Shown here: piece by piece, positions 1-12,009 of the stretch
Numbering within the stretch: the stretch's first letter is position 1
How the letters are laid out: the number at the start of each line of letters is the position of its first letter
Source of the DNA: Octopus bimaculoides
Lineage: Eukaryota
Assembly (NCBI RefSeq): GCF_001194135.2
Contig: NC_068990.1
Span: 4,425,765-4,489,764 of the forward strand
Direction: 5' to 3'
DNA: 64,000 nt
Position numbers and translations under genes: made by a program
The notes under the pieces: generated by a model
Told to the model about the DNA's origin: nothing
The model's input: the letters and a program-made list of their open reading frames with translations, nothing else
The model's database searches: none

Positions 1-124
1 AGCAAAAGTGGACTCCTATATGCTAGAAATAGATGCTGAATCATCTAACCACGAAAAACATATATTTTTTTCGTGGTTAGATGATTCGGCATCTATTTCT
101 AGCATATAGGAGTCCACTTTTGCT
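1..124. repeat. Near-perfect inverted repeat (58-bp arms, 8-nt loop), probably truncated by the window edge
   Basis: 1-58 is the reverse complement of 67-124 with a single mismatch (T37/G88). Confidence 0.95.
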
Positions 125-150
125 GGTCATCCCTCTTATTTTTGTATGTA

Positions 151-181
<31 letters not shown>

Positions 182-310
182 TATAGCCAAATTTACAGAA
201 AACAACACATGAAGACAGGTATGGGAGCAACATGCAGCTCTACTAGTTTGATGTTCAGGATCAATGGAAAAGTCTTTGATGTTTTGAGACTATGCTCTTT
301 GACAGGAAGG
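67..310 (-). mobile_element. Arm of a non-autonomous, probably Penelope-derived palindromic repeat with a degenerate hammerhead-like terminus
   Basis: Continues from the hairpin centre. Minus strand 308-273 reads cctgtcaaagagcatagtctcaaaacatcaaagac, a core/stem II/GAAA/palindrome layout after CpG repair. Family assignment is inference. Confidence 0.35.
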
Positions 311-399
311 GTTGAGAAGAAAAAATAGAGAGAGAATGGGAAAAAAATGGAGAGAGAAAATAATGTGTAGGGATTAATGGTTCAACAGGATGTTCAACA

Positions 400-447
400 G
401 TATAGATAGATAGATAAAAAGATAGCTAAATAGATAGACAGATAGAC

Positions 448-509
<62 letters not shown>

Positions 510-615
510 CTAGCTAAGTAAGCAGACAGACAGACAGACAGATAGATAGATAAAAAGATAGACAGATAAAAAGAGAAACAGACTGACAAATAGACAGATA
601 GATAGATAGATAGAT
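400..615. repeat. (GATA)n/(GACA)n tetranucleotide microsatellite
   Basis: Direct reading; generates the spurious YLSI ORFs. Confidence 0.95.
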
Positions 616-1132
616 ATGTGTATGTATTTGAGTTAGTGTATATTTGCCTCTTGTCATTGTCTTGATATTGTTTGGACACTGCATAAACAGTAGTATCATG
701 TAAATGGTATCATTAGTTAATGTACAGTAAAAAACAGATGTTTGTTGTTCAAAAAAACCAAGAGAAACTGTAGCTTACTCAAAAACAAAAAGATTATCAG
801 GTTGCAGAAAACTTTACTCAATGAGTCTTCTCTGACCATGCTAGGAAGAAAAATGTCAGCATTATTTTTGAATAAGTCTGCTGGCTATTTGTGTCATTAG
901 TGCCTGAAAAGACACTGAAATTCTATATTATGTTGATAGTGAGATTTGGCTGCAAAACCTGAGCCGGGTGAAATAATGTGATCTAGCAGTTCACATGACT
1001 CACCTGCCAATGATATATGTGCGTTTTTCTGCAGCATGTATCCATATGAGAGAGACTCTTCTCAATGTAAATAATGCAGTATTTGGTGCTCTGACACATT
1101 TGTGTTAAGCTGGGTACAAATATATATATATA

Positions 1133-1189
1133 CAGGTGTGGCTGTGTGGTAAGAAGCTTGCTTCCCAGTCACATGGTTCCAGGTGGTAA

Positions 1190-1239
<50 letters not shown>

Positions 1240-1450
1240 ATGTCTGTGCTTGTCTCCATCATCACTTGACAACTAGTGTTGGTGTGTTTATGCCCCTGTA
1301 ACTTAGTGGTTCAGCAAAAGAATCCAATAGAATAAGTATCAGGCTTTAAAAAGAAATAAATACTGGGGTTGATACATTTGACTGAAGAAAATTCGTCAAA
1401 GCAGCTCCCCAGCAGGGCTACAGTCTAATGAGTGAAACGAGTAAAAGATA
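1133..1450 (+). mobile_element. tRNA-derived SINE, family A (internally deleted, expanded GT tract)
   Basis: Head gtggctgtgtggtaagaagcttgcttccc and tail gcagctccccagcagggctacagtctaatgagtgaaac match the full copy at 39327-39706. Confidence 0.85.
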
Positions 1451-1458
1451 GAAGTTAT

Positions 1459-1469
1459 ATATATACATA

Positions 1470-1551
<82 letters not shown>

Positions 1552-1595
1552 CACACACACACACATATATATATATACACACACACACACACATA
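1459..1595. repeat. (AT)n/(AC)n microsatellite
   Basis: Direct reading. Confidence 0.95.
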
Positions 1596-1597
1596 TA

Positions 1598-2130
1598 TTG
1601 AGTCATCCCATAAATAATGTGTTTTTTTTTTATACTTCTTTCATTTTTCAAAATTAAGATAAACAAAGTTCATTTTTTATTTAAAATATACTCCAATTTT
1701 CCACAATGTTCTTCCATCTATCTGGTAGACTGGCAAGGCTCCTCTTCCAAAATTCACTTGTCCGTGATGAAAAGTACTACTCCAGTACTGTTCTGATCAC
1801 ATCTACAGAATTCATATTTTTCCCATCCAAATGATTTTGAAGACTGCAGAATAAATGATAATCAGATGAGGCAATATCCGATGAATATGGTGGGTGGGGT
1901 ACTGTTTCCCATTCAAGCTGCTCCAGCCTTTGGAATATCATCATCTCTGTATGTGGCCAAGCATTAACATGATGGAAGAACATCTTTAGTCTTGAAACCA
2001 AAGATGGCTGTTTTTCTTCTAGCGCTGACTTAAGCCCTCAAGTTGCTTGCAGTAGATCTCCTTTGTTATCAGTTGGGTTGGGTTTAAAAGTTTAAAGTGG
2101 ACTAAACTTTTCATATCTCACCAGAGAACA
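1598..2130 (-). mobile_element. Mariner transposon 3' remnant (transposase pseudogene plus one TIR)
   Basis: Translation ...HHVNAWPHT...LEQLEWETVPHPPYSSDIASSDYHLFCSLQNHL (mariner HDNARPH and HPPYSPDLAPSDY motifs). TIR-like ttgagtcatcccataaataatg next to a TA at 1596-1597. Confidence 0.9.
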
Positions 2131-2276
2131 ATTAACAATTAAACAAAAGATTCAACAACAGAACAATTAAACAAAAGATTCAATGGGCACAAATATGAAG
2201 TCAGACACAATAACAGTGGTTTGACAGAACTTGCCGAACATTTTACATCGAACGGCTGCAATTTTGAAAAAGACTT

Positions 2277-3150
2277 CATCATCATCATCATCATCGTTTA
2301 ACGTCCGCTTTCCATGCTAGCATGGGTTGGACGATTTGACTGAGGACTGGTGAAACCGGATGGCAACACCAGGCTCCAGTCCGATTTGGCAGAGTTTCTA
2401 CAGCTGGATGCCCTTCCTAACGCCAACCACTCAGAGAGTGTAGTGGGTGCTTTTACGTGTCACCCGCACGAAAACGGCCACGCTCGAAATGGTGTCTTTT
2501 ATGTGCCNNNNNNNNNNNNNNNNNNNNNNNNNNNNNNNNNNNNNNNNNNNNNNNNNNNNNNNNNNNNNNNNNNNNNNNNNNNNNNNNNNNNNNNNNNNNN
2601 NNNNNNNNNNNNNNNNNNNNNNNNNNNNNNNNNNNNNNNNNNNNNNNNNNNNNNNNNNNNNNNNNNNNNNNNNNNNNNNNNNNNNNNNNNNNNNNNNNNN
2701 NNNNNNNNNNNNNNNNNNNNNNNNNNNNNNNNNNNNNNNNNNNNNNNNNNNNNNNNNNNNNNNNNNNNNNNNNNNNNNNNNNNNNNNNNNNNNNNNNNNN
2801 NNNNNNNNNNNNNNGGTCTTGCCTCACCACCTCAGCCCAGGTCTTCCTGGGCCTACCTCTTCCACGGGTTCCCTCAACTGTTAGGGTGTGGCACTTTTTC
2901 ACGCAGCTATCCTCCTCCATTCTCACCACATGTCCATACCAGCGCAATCGTCTCTCTTGCACGCCACAACTGATGCTTCTAATGTTCAGCTTTTCTCTCA
3001 AGATACTTACACTCTGACGGGTATTCACATTGACATTACACATCCAACGGAGCATACTGGCTTCATTCCTTGCGAGCTTACGTATGTCCTCAGCAGTTAC
3101 AGCCCATGTTTCACTGCCATGTAGCATGGTTGTTCGTACGCATGCGTCTG
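2277..3150 (-). mobile_element. 5'-truncated RTE-clade LINE, comparatively young; spans an assembly gap
   Basis: Open frame DACVRTTMLHGSETWAV...RRLRWYGHVVRM...GRGRPRKTW, 3' UTR and (GAT)n tail; CpGs retained. Confidence 0.93.
2508..2814. other. Assembly gap
   Basis: Run of N. Confidence 1.
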
Positions 3151-3659
3151 TGCATATTCTCAGAAATTATTCTGAATCTGCTAGACTTTCAGTACTCAAA
3201 ATGCATGAGGAGAAATATGTTTGTGAGTTATTAACATCATGCCCTGGAGGGATTAAGAAAATGACTGGAGAATTTCATCATATTTACACAAAACTGTTTG
3301 ATTAAATGTTCTTTTTCCTTTTCTTTTTTACATCTTTCTTTCTTTCTTTTTCTTTTTTGCCAGTTGTAAACTTGAAAATTGAAGACTGATGATGTCATTT
3401 CATCAGCGTGGGAATGCCGGTTGCCTCGTTCAAATTTTGAGTTGGAATTTCTATGTATCACTTTTCATTTAGAACTCAACAAAGACAGGCTAGCTGTCAA
3501 AATATTGTTCAACTAATAAAACATCTACTGCAATTGCATTGCGCTCTTTGTAATATCAATTTACCTTTGTGAGGAGTTATGTCAATCTTTTAAAATATTA
3601 TTATTATTATCATTATTATTATTACTGTTAATATTATTATTACTACTATTATTATATAG

Positions 3660-4325
3660 CATGTTGGGTAGCATTTTGTCCATCTCCATATTATGAGTTC
3701 AAATTCTATTGAGGTTGACTTTACCTTTCATTCTTCAGGGGTCAATAAAATAAGCACTAGTTGTTCACTTTGCATGATGTAATTGACTTACCTCTTCCCC
3801 CGAAACTGCTGGCTTTGTGCCAAAATTATCATTGTTATTATTATTATCATCATCATTATAAATATTATTATTATTATTAGGGTGGCGAGCTGGCAGAGTC
3901 GTTAGCATGCTGGGCAAAATGCTTAGCAGCATTTCGTCTGCCTTGATGTTCTGAGTTCAAATTCTGCTAACGCCAGCTTTGCCTTTCATCCTTTCAGGGT
4001 CGATAAACTAGTCCCAGTGAAACACTGGGGTCGATGTAATCAACTACTCCCCTCTCCCAAAATTCCAGACCCTGTGCCCCTTTAGTAAGAAAGATTACTA
4101 TCATTATGAAGGCTGTGAGCTGGCAGAATTATTGGCACACCGGGCAAAGTGCTTAGCATCATTTCATCTATCTTTACGTTCTGAGTTCAAATTCTATCAA
4201 GGTTGACTTTACCTTTCATCCTTTCAAGGTTGATAAAATTAGTCCCAGCTGAGTACTGGAGCCGATGTAATTGACTTGCTCCTCCTGCTAAATTTCAGGG
4301 CTTGTGCTTATAGTAGAAAGGATTA
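3660..4325 (+). mobile_element. Three tandem tRNA-derived SINEs, family B (Meta-domain-like), at about 3660-3826, 3879-4100 and 4108-4325
   Basis: Each has a ggcgagctggcag head, a gagttcaaattc B-box and gttgactttrcctttcatcctttcagggtcgataaa, which resembles the MetaSINE domain from recall. Copies are separated by (TTA)/(TCA) tracts. Confidence 0.85.
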
Positions 4326-4389
4326 TCATTGTTATGATAAACACATATATATTCATGCATTACACATGAGTATAATGGTCCTGGGTATG

Positions 4390-4920
4390 ACTTTAAACTG
4401 CATTCAGTAGTGGAGCCCAAGTTTGGGAGTTCAAGTTCCTAGATCTACTTTGACCTGGAATAGTAAACACATGTTAGGGTGCCAGCTATGTGTTAATTTG
4501 CATGTTATGGAAGAAACTCCAAGCATAAAAACCTCATATTTTTGTGAATGTTTTGGGAAAGAAAAAAGTCTAGAGGAGTCAACTTTGACAGTAAATCAAA
4601 GAGTAGAGTCCCTCAGGTAATCCAGTGCCCTGTTGGACACTATTCTGGTAATCCACCTTGGGGGAGGCCCCTTTCCAGTGTAAAGCCTACAACTTGTTGG
4701 TTCCAAGAGCTGTCTCAGCCCACTGAGCCACTGTGATTAGATCTCCAAATCGAAAGAGTGAGATCAGACTGTGTAGACTCACACTCGAAAAAATAAGTGC
4801 AGGCAGAAGGAAAGGCCTTAGATGGAGTATCAAGGATTGGTTTACGCAGCCACCTGAAGGTGGTTGTGGGCTGCCTTTCCTTATGATCTTTATTATGTTT
4901 GGACATGAAGAAAACTGCCA
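4390..4920. mobile_element. Probable degraded LINE fragment, possibly L1/Tx1-like
   Basis: GC-richer island; plus-strand FTQPPEGGCGLP resembles the Tx1 'QPxxxGGLGLP' motif. Weak support. Confidence 0.25.
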
Positions 4921-5639
4921 TAAAATCATATATATATTTGTATAAATGTATATTCATATGCGTGTGTGTGCACACGCACGCACACACCCACATATACGTA
5001 TGCACATATATATGTATTTGTGTGTGTTTATCTATCCATCTAGCTGTCTGTCTGTCTGTCTCTGTATCTCTCTCTCTCTATGTATATATATACAGAGAGA
5101 AAGAAAGAGACAGAGAAAGAGAGAGAGAGAGAGATAATATATACATTCTTGTTTCTTTATTTTTCATTCCTTTTTCCTGCTTTTTGAGTTTTGTCATCTA
5201 ATTCTATCTCATTTTCAAAACTTTTTCCATTTTTATTTTCCATTCCACTATCTATTCCTTTTATTCTATACAATTATTTTTCTCTTCTCTCATTTTGACC
5301 TTTCAAATTTGCTTCCCATCTTTCACTTTATTTATCTATCTATCACTCACAACCCTTCACAAACACACATACACATTCAAAGACTGGTGGTAATATGTTG
5401 GGTTGAGGTTTGAGATTAAAAAGAATAGGGATAAAATTTTCAATCTAATGATAGGTCTTGGGAATAACATTTTGTAGTGAAAGAGTTTGAAATTTTCTGC
5501 TTGGCTAATTTTGTGATTGCATTGATGATGGATTAGTTTGATATTGCAGAATATGTGTAAAAGTTTCTGTGTACTTGTGTACTTGGTCGTGAAAAAAAGG
5601 AAAAAACAATTAAAAAAAAACAACAATGGAATAAAAAAA

Positions 5640-5930
5640 AATACCCTCTTATCACAAGGGATGAGACAGAATACTTGCTTCAATATCCATAACCTTCCAC
5701 TAATTTGAACAAATTGTATATTGGTAAGCCAAAGTCAATGAGGATACCCACCAAGTGATCTCACAACTTGCTAGAAAGAGAAACCAAATCTCCCTCACAT
5801 CACACCCTACAACCTTAGAAATGATCAAATGCTCCCAGCTGCTCATAGGTTTGTTCATTGAAAACTGATATGGGGTAAACAACAACAGCTGTAGCCATTG
5901 CTGCAGCCACCACAACCACCAACGTTGTAT
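5640..5930 (+). pseudogene. Possible decayed ORF1/gag-like fragment similar to 32.5-33.6 kb
   Basis: Loose similarity (PSY..., NIHNLP, EDT) and a low-complexity CAA/CAG tail; multiple stops. Confidence 0.22.
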
Positions 5931-7984
5931 ACAGTTTTGATAGAAACTTTTCATTAATCCTTCTTGCTTTAAATTTACATATTGCTGAGGGAGTTTGGGG
6001 GTGGTAGGTTAAAAAAAGTGAGGTAGAGGTAAACAGGTAAATAATAGCAGAACTGGTCTATACCAAAAGCCAGTATACTTGGCTCTTAATAGATCAAATT
6101 ATGTGTAATTATCAACCACATGCTTATATATATATATATCTCAGTTTTATTAGTAATGATGATACTATAATATCAATGAGTTTTTAGTAGACTTGCTGTT
6201 AACTCTTTTTTGGAAAATACTACTAACAATGGATTGATGCCTTACTACTATAGTAAAAATAACTATTCTTCACTTAATGCTTCAGAAGTCAAGGTACTGG
6301 CCTTACTATTATAGAGGGCTGTCAAACGATTAAATTTCCTTTTTCTCTTGCCTCACACAAATTCGCATAAATCCACTATGAAAGTGAATCTCACCATTTC
6401 AGTGATATGTTTTCAAAGGAAAAACAAAGTGAAGTTTGGTCTTGTAAAAGGTACCCAACTTCTGCTTAAATGAGCTGCTTATATAAACATAAAAAATACT
6501 ATCTACTGATTCATGTGTGCGCATATATGTTTGTGTACATATTCTTAAACACTCAGCATGTTTGAATAGCTAAGTTGATCTCACAATCACAAGGTCCTCG
6601 GTTAAATTTCATTGCATCCTGGGCAAGTATTTTCTAGCATAGTATTGAGTAGAGATTGGGACAATGGGGAGCAGTGTGTGAATGCCCTTCAAATGAACTG
6701 CAATTCAAAGGACCACCAGTGTCATTCACTGTGTTACACCAACTCTGTAAGAGGATAAAGTTAAGGGTCTATTTATTTATTGAATACCCAGCTGCATGCA
6801 CAATGAACAATGAATAGATCAGGTGATTGAAAAACTGCATCACTGAAGCCAATGAAAGATTTTGCAGATGTAATGAAGAAAAAAGCAAGAACAAGATATC
6901 CCCTTAAATCAGTCATCCTTAAAATGGCGAGGAATATTATTATTCTTAAAGGGCATTAAATAAAATACTCCTTTGAAATTTATCTTACTATCATATATCA
7001 TATTGAGAAACTGAATAGACTGCTAGTGATATATGTTAGTGGGTACAGGAAATGATATGCAGAAGCAGGCGGTATTAGATTTAAAAAACTTAAGAATCAC
7101 TGAATTAGACCATTATTAATCATTGAAAATTATTAATTTTCAAATAGTTTAATGTATAAAAATGTAATGTTTTGTATCATTGACCTCACCATTAGAGATA
7201 AAACAATTTTTAAATATCTAAATCTAACATTTAAATTAGATCTCAGCTCACGATCAAGTGTCTTATCTTTGTATACGTAAATTCTGTTAGATTAGACTCT
7301 TATTTGAAACATTTTATTTCTAAACTAACAATAATGCTCTTTTGTCCACTTGTATGCATGACAACAGCCTGTTCTGAGCTTGAATCTAATCTGTTGCTAT
7401 GTACACATCCATAAAAGAAGACACTGAAAGCTATCAGTGATCAAATCAAACCAGGAACTAGGATGGCAAATTGAGAGTCATTAAAGCGTTGGGTAGAATG
7501 CCTCATAGTACTTGTTCTGACTATGTTCCCTGACAACAAATTCCACAGAGGTCAACATTGCATTTCTTCTTTTCAGGGTCAGTAAAACTAAGTACTAATC
7601 CAGAGTAGTGGATGGTTGAACTGGAAGAGTGCTGGACCAGATGCCTTGTGGTATTTATTCTGAATCTTTGTATTCAGAGTTCAAATTCTGCTATGGTCTA
7701 CTTGGTTTGCAGACTTTATCACTCAGTGTAATACCATCACCTGGCTCTTGAGTGCCTTTTGTGGAATTTAATATCTTGTAAGCGCTTGGGCAAGGTATCC
7801 AGTTTGAGAGTACTTTACTCACACCAATCTTGGAGACTATGTAAAGCAGGAGCCCCCAACCACCAGGCCACAGGCCAGTAGTGGGCCATGGATCATTTAG
7901 TATTGGACTGCACAGAAAGAATACTTTTCTAAATTTTAGTTCTATTCCATTGACTATCACAGTCTGCAGCATATTTTTGCCTTA

Positions 7985-8093
7985 TGTATGTAATAATATA
8001 TGTAATAATATATGTAATAATATATGTAATAATATATGTAATAATATATGTAATAATATATGTAATAATATATGTAATAATATATGTAATAAT
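7985..8093. repeat. 12-bp minisatellite (ATATGTAATAAT), about 9 copies, inside the MITE
   Basis: Direct reading; yields the ICNN/YYIY ORFs. Confidence 0.93.
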
Positions 8094-8171
8094 TAAATTC
8101 TATATTATGCACTTTATTGGGTTTTGTTATGCATATAATTCCTTGGTCCACAGAAAAATTTTCTTACATAA

Positions 8172-9952
8172 GTATTAATAGTAATTGGTGAGGAAAAAGA
8201 TAAACCCCTATTCTTGGCTTTGTTGACTTGGAGAAAGCCTTTGACAAGGTCCCCTGATCCCTTATCTGGTGGGTGATATGGAAACTGGGAATTGATGAGC
8301 GGTTAATAAGAGCTGTACAGGCCCTGTACAGGGATGCTGTTAGTAAGGTATGGGTCGGCCATGAGTATAGTGAAGAATTCCGGGTAGAAGTAGGGGTTCA
8401 CCAAAGATCAGCCCTCAGCCCCTTCTTATTCATCATAGGTTGACCCTGGGAGCTCCTCTATGCTGATGACCTTTCTCTCATAGTGGAATCCCTACCAGAA
8501 CAAGAGAAGAAATTTCAGGTGTGGAAGCAAGGTTTAGAATTGAAGGGCCTTAGACTGATGGTTGCAAAACCAAAGTCCTCGTAAGTAGGAAGGCAAACAC
8601 ATCACAAGCCCCTTCAGATAGATGACCCTGCTTGATCTGTAGAAAAGGTGTAGGTAGAAATTCCATAAGATGTATCCAGTGTAAGCTATGGATGCATAAG
8701 AGGTGCAGCAACATCAAAGGAAGGTTAATCGGGAAGATAGCTTTTGTGTGAGGCGCAGGGGCAATAAACACTGCAGATTCTCAGAAAACTGATTCCATCA
8801 CATGCTAGGGGAAGAAACTAGAAGTAGTTGATAGCTTCCGCCATCTAGATAACCAAGTCTGTATTGGATGTGGATGCTCAGAGAGCATTGCCACTAGAAT
8901 AAGAATAGCCTGGGCAAAGTTCAGAAAGCTCCTACCTCTACTGGTGACAAAGGGCCTCTCGCTCAGAGTGAAAGGTAGATTATATGATGCCTGTGTGTGA
9001 TCTACCATGCTACATGGCAGTGAAATATGGGCTGTGACTGCTGAAGACATGCGTAGGCTTGAAAGAAATGAAGCTAGTATGATCCGCTGAATGTGTAATG
9101 TCAGTGTGCACACATGACAGAGTGTAAGCGCCCTGAGAGAAATGTCGAACATAAGAAGTATCAGATGTGGTGTGCAAGAGAGATGATTGCACTGGTATGG
9201 TCATGTGCTACGTATGGACGAGGAGAGCGGTGTGAAGAAGTGTCACACCCTAATAGTGGAAGGAACTCATGGTAGAGGGAGACATGGGATGAGGTGAAGC
9301 ATGACCTTTGAATGTTGGGCCTCATAGAGGCAATGATGGAAGACTGAGACCTCTAGAGATATGCTGTGATTGAGAAGACCCGGCAAGGAAAGTGAGATCA
9401 TATCTGTAGACAACACCAGTATCTCATAACCAACCCATTTAAAAAGTATCTTTGAATCACCGGGCAACATGCCATGCTTGAGGAGACCTACTGAGTCAAG
9501 TAAATCAAAATCAAAATCAAATCAAATCACAATCAAATGGAAATTGTAGTTGTGACTGGATCCCATACTGGTGGCATGCAATAAGCACCATTCATGCATG
9601 GATCATTGCCAGTGCCACCTGACTGGCTCCCTGTGCCAGTGGCACATAAGAAGCACCATCCCAATGTGGTCGATGCCAACCCTCTGGCCCCAACTGGCTC
9701 CTGTGCCGGTAGCATGTAAAAAGCACCATCCGAATGTGGATGATGCCAGTGCCGCCTGACTGGCTCCCATGCCAGTGGCACATAAAAAGCGTCCACTACA
9801 CTCTTGGAGTGGTTGGCATTATGAAGGGCATCTAACTGTAGAAACATTACCAGATCAAACTGGAGCCTGGTGCAGCTTCCTGGCTTGCCAGTCCCCAGTC
9901 AAACCGTCCAACCCATGACAGCATGGAAAACGGGTATTAAACGATGATGATA
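8172..9952 (+). mobile_element. 5'-truncated RTE LINE (RT pseudogene with Cys/His insertion, 3' UTR repeats, (GAT)n tail)
   Basis: FVDLEKAFDKVP, LSPFLFII, LLYADD (8459-8470), KTK, GRLYDACV, MLHGSE and LHWYGHV motifs, with stops and deletions. Confidence 0.95.
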
Positions 9953-12009
9953 AAACTGGTCCGTGATACAATAAAGGTTGTGGTTTGCATCTTTAAAGGT
10001 TCATGACAATTTTCTTCCCTTCTGACATGAATATTAAAAAAAAAAAAGCCAAATGTTGTATAGATATAAAATTTATAAATATATAAAAATCACAAAAACA
10101 ATTTTTGTGATGTTTTTCCAGCTTTTTTAATAAAGTATATATACATGTGTGTTTGTGTGTGTGTGTGTGTGTTTGTATATGTAGATAAATATATAATATA
10201 ATTTTTAAAGATGAGATTAATATTCTGAAAAATTATAATCCTATTAAGAATAATTCATCTTAGACATTTAGACATTTAATTAGCTTAATATATGTTATCA
10301 TTAAGAGACATTTAACATAAATAGTACACAGATATGTGTGTTTCATTTACTCTAGACATATCTTCTACTATAGCTTTATCATTATTGTCAATATGAAGTT
10401 AATTTGCATACAGAACTCCAGTATGATGCACCATAAAATTACAAGACTTGTAATCTGTCAATATGTCATTCTCTTCCTGTGTTAAAAGAAAAGATTTATA
10501 ATTTTGAAGTGAGCCATTATTTCATGTCAGCTTAACATGTATGTTTACTAACTGATTACTGAACCAACAAGGTAAATTCTATACAGTAACCCAATTTGCT
10601 AGAAATAACAGCCAAACACTTCTAACAGAAATAAAATGGATATGGGGGAAACAAAGATAGATATGTTATTAAGAGTTTGCTCTGAAATATGTGAATCCAG
10701 GTTTTTCTTGCTGTATGGCACTTTTGAAAAGTATCTTTTATCAAAGCTTTGGGTTGAGCAATGCATTATGATTGGAAACTGGTAGAATGGAATTGTGTAG
10801 AAGCCTGTCATGCATGTATCTAACTATGAATGTATTTACATGTATATGCATGCGAAAGTATGTGTATATCTTTTATTTTTTGTTTCAGTTACTGGGCTTT
10901 AGCTTGTTAGTAGCAATAAATTATAGACCTCAATATGTGAAGTATCCTTACATGAATTTTAACTGAGTGGCTCAAAAATGCCAGTATTTTGAGTTTTGCA
11001 TCACTGCTCTTTCAGCTGATAACTTAATCCGGTTGCCACTTAAATCATTGGACCTTTGTATATATTTTCATATATTATATGAAAGCATGCCAGCAAATCA
11101 CTTATTTGTATATGCTTAAAAAGTCCTGTGAGCTCTTTCAAGAACAGGTTTTCAATCTTCTTTCTTGCTATTGCGGTTATACAATATCATCTAAAGACCT
11201 TCACAGCTTTTATTTATCGTTACATGTAGAATTGTTGCTTTGAAGTAAATGTTTTACTGCTGTATTAAATTGTAAAGCAAGGAGGCTTGTAATTATACAA
11301 AAAACAAAAAAAATTTCCTTTCATATATACAAGAGGCCAACAATCATCTTCTTTTGCTCAAACCATTTCGATTTTGGAACAAAATTTTTATTTTCTTGTT
11401 CAAAGGTCACACCACATTTCTGATCTGAAGCTATTATTTCTGTATGCTTGCACTATAACCATAACTAATCAAGTAATTTTGAATTCATAGGGACTTGTCT
11501 CATAAAAACCATAACAATTTTGACAAAGTTGTTGCTCCTCTTTGTTAGGATTGACAAACAAATGTTTATGCTTACAAATTTGAGTTTTAAATGTCAGTAT
11601 ATACTTTGTCAATATATATGTCAATATATGCTTTGGTTCCTTGCTGCTATTGATTTCAACTTTAACACTATATACTACTAACTTTGTCAAGCAATTACTA
11701 TAGAGTGGCCAATCTTCATGATTTCAGCAGTTGGCTGATTCATACTGATTAGACACTTGTCCATTTTTTTCATTCAGCCATGCAACATCATATGTTCTGG
11801 TATAGCAACCTAAAATCTTACAAACTAAATAGCTGACCTTAACACAGTTTCTACCTAATATCTTACAATATTTATATCTCAACAGAAAATAGTAATCTAC
11901 TAAATTAATGAATTCCCTAGTTATATAAGTTCTCATTGCTAGATTAAATACTGTGATTTATCATAAATTTTTTTTTCTTTTCCTGGAAAATCCACTAATT
12001 CTGAATATT

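Larger units (their letters stand above)
7847..9990. mobile_element. hAT/Charlie-type (MER1-like) MITE split by an RTE insertion; MITE parts at 7847-8170 and 9953-9990
   Basis: Left end caggagcccccaaccaccaggccacagg. The internal gtccacagaaaaattttcttacata resumes after the LINE as aaactggtccgtgatacaataaaggttgtgg. Imperfect 8-bp flanks atgtaaag/ctttaaag. Confidence 0.65.

Noticed and set aside
1008-1110. Candidate minus-strand exon ending at a CAG/GTGAGT donor
   Set aside because: No frame resembles MAGUK PDZ/SH3/GK sequence, so it cannot be supported without RNA data.
7691-7972. 93-aa minus-strand ORF
   Set aside because: It overlaps the MITE end and SINE debris; no protein motif.
9560-9800. 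CRISPR-like repeat array
   Set aside because: Eukaryotic context, whole units are homologous with no unique spacers, no cas genes, and it is part of the RTE 3' UTR.
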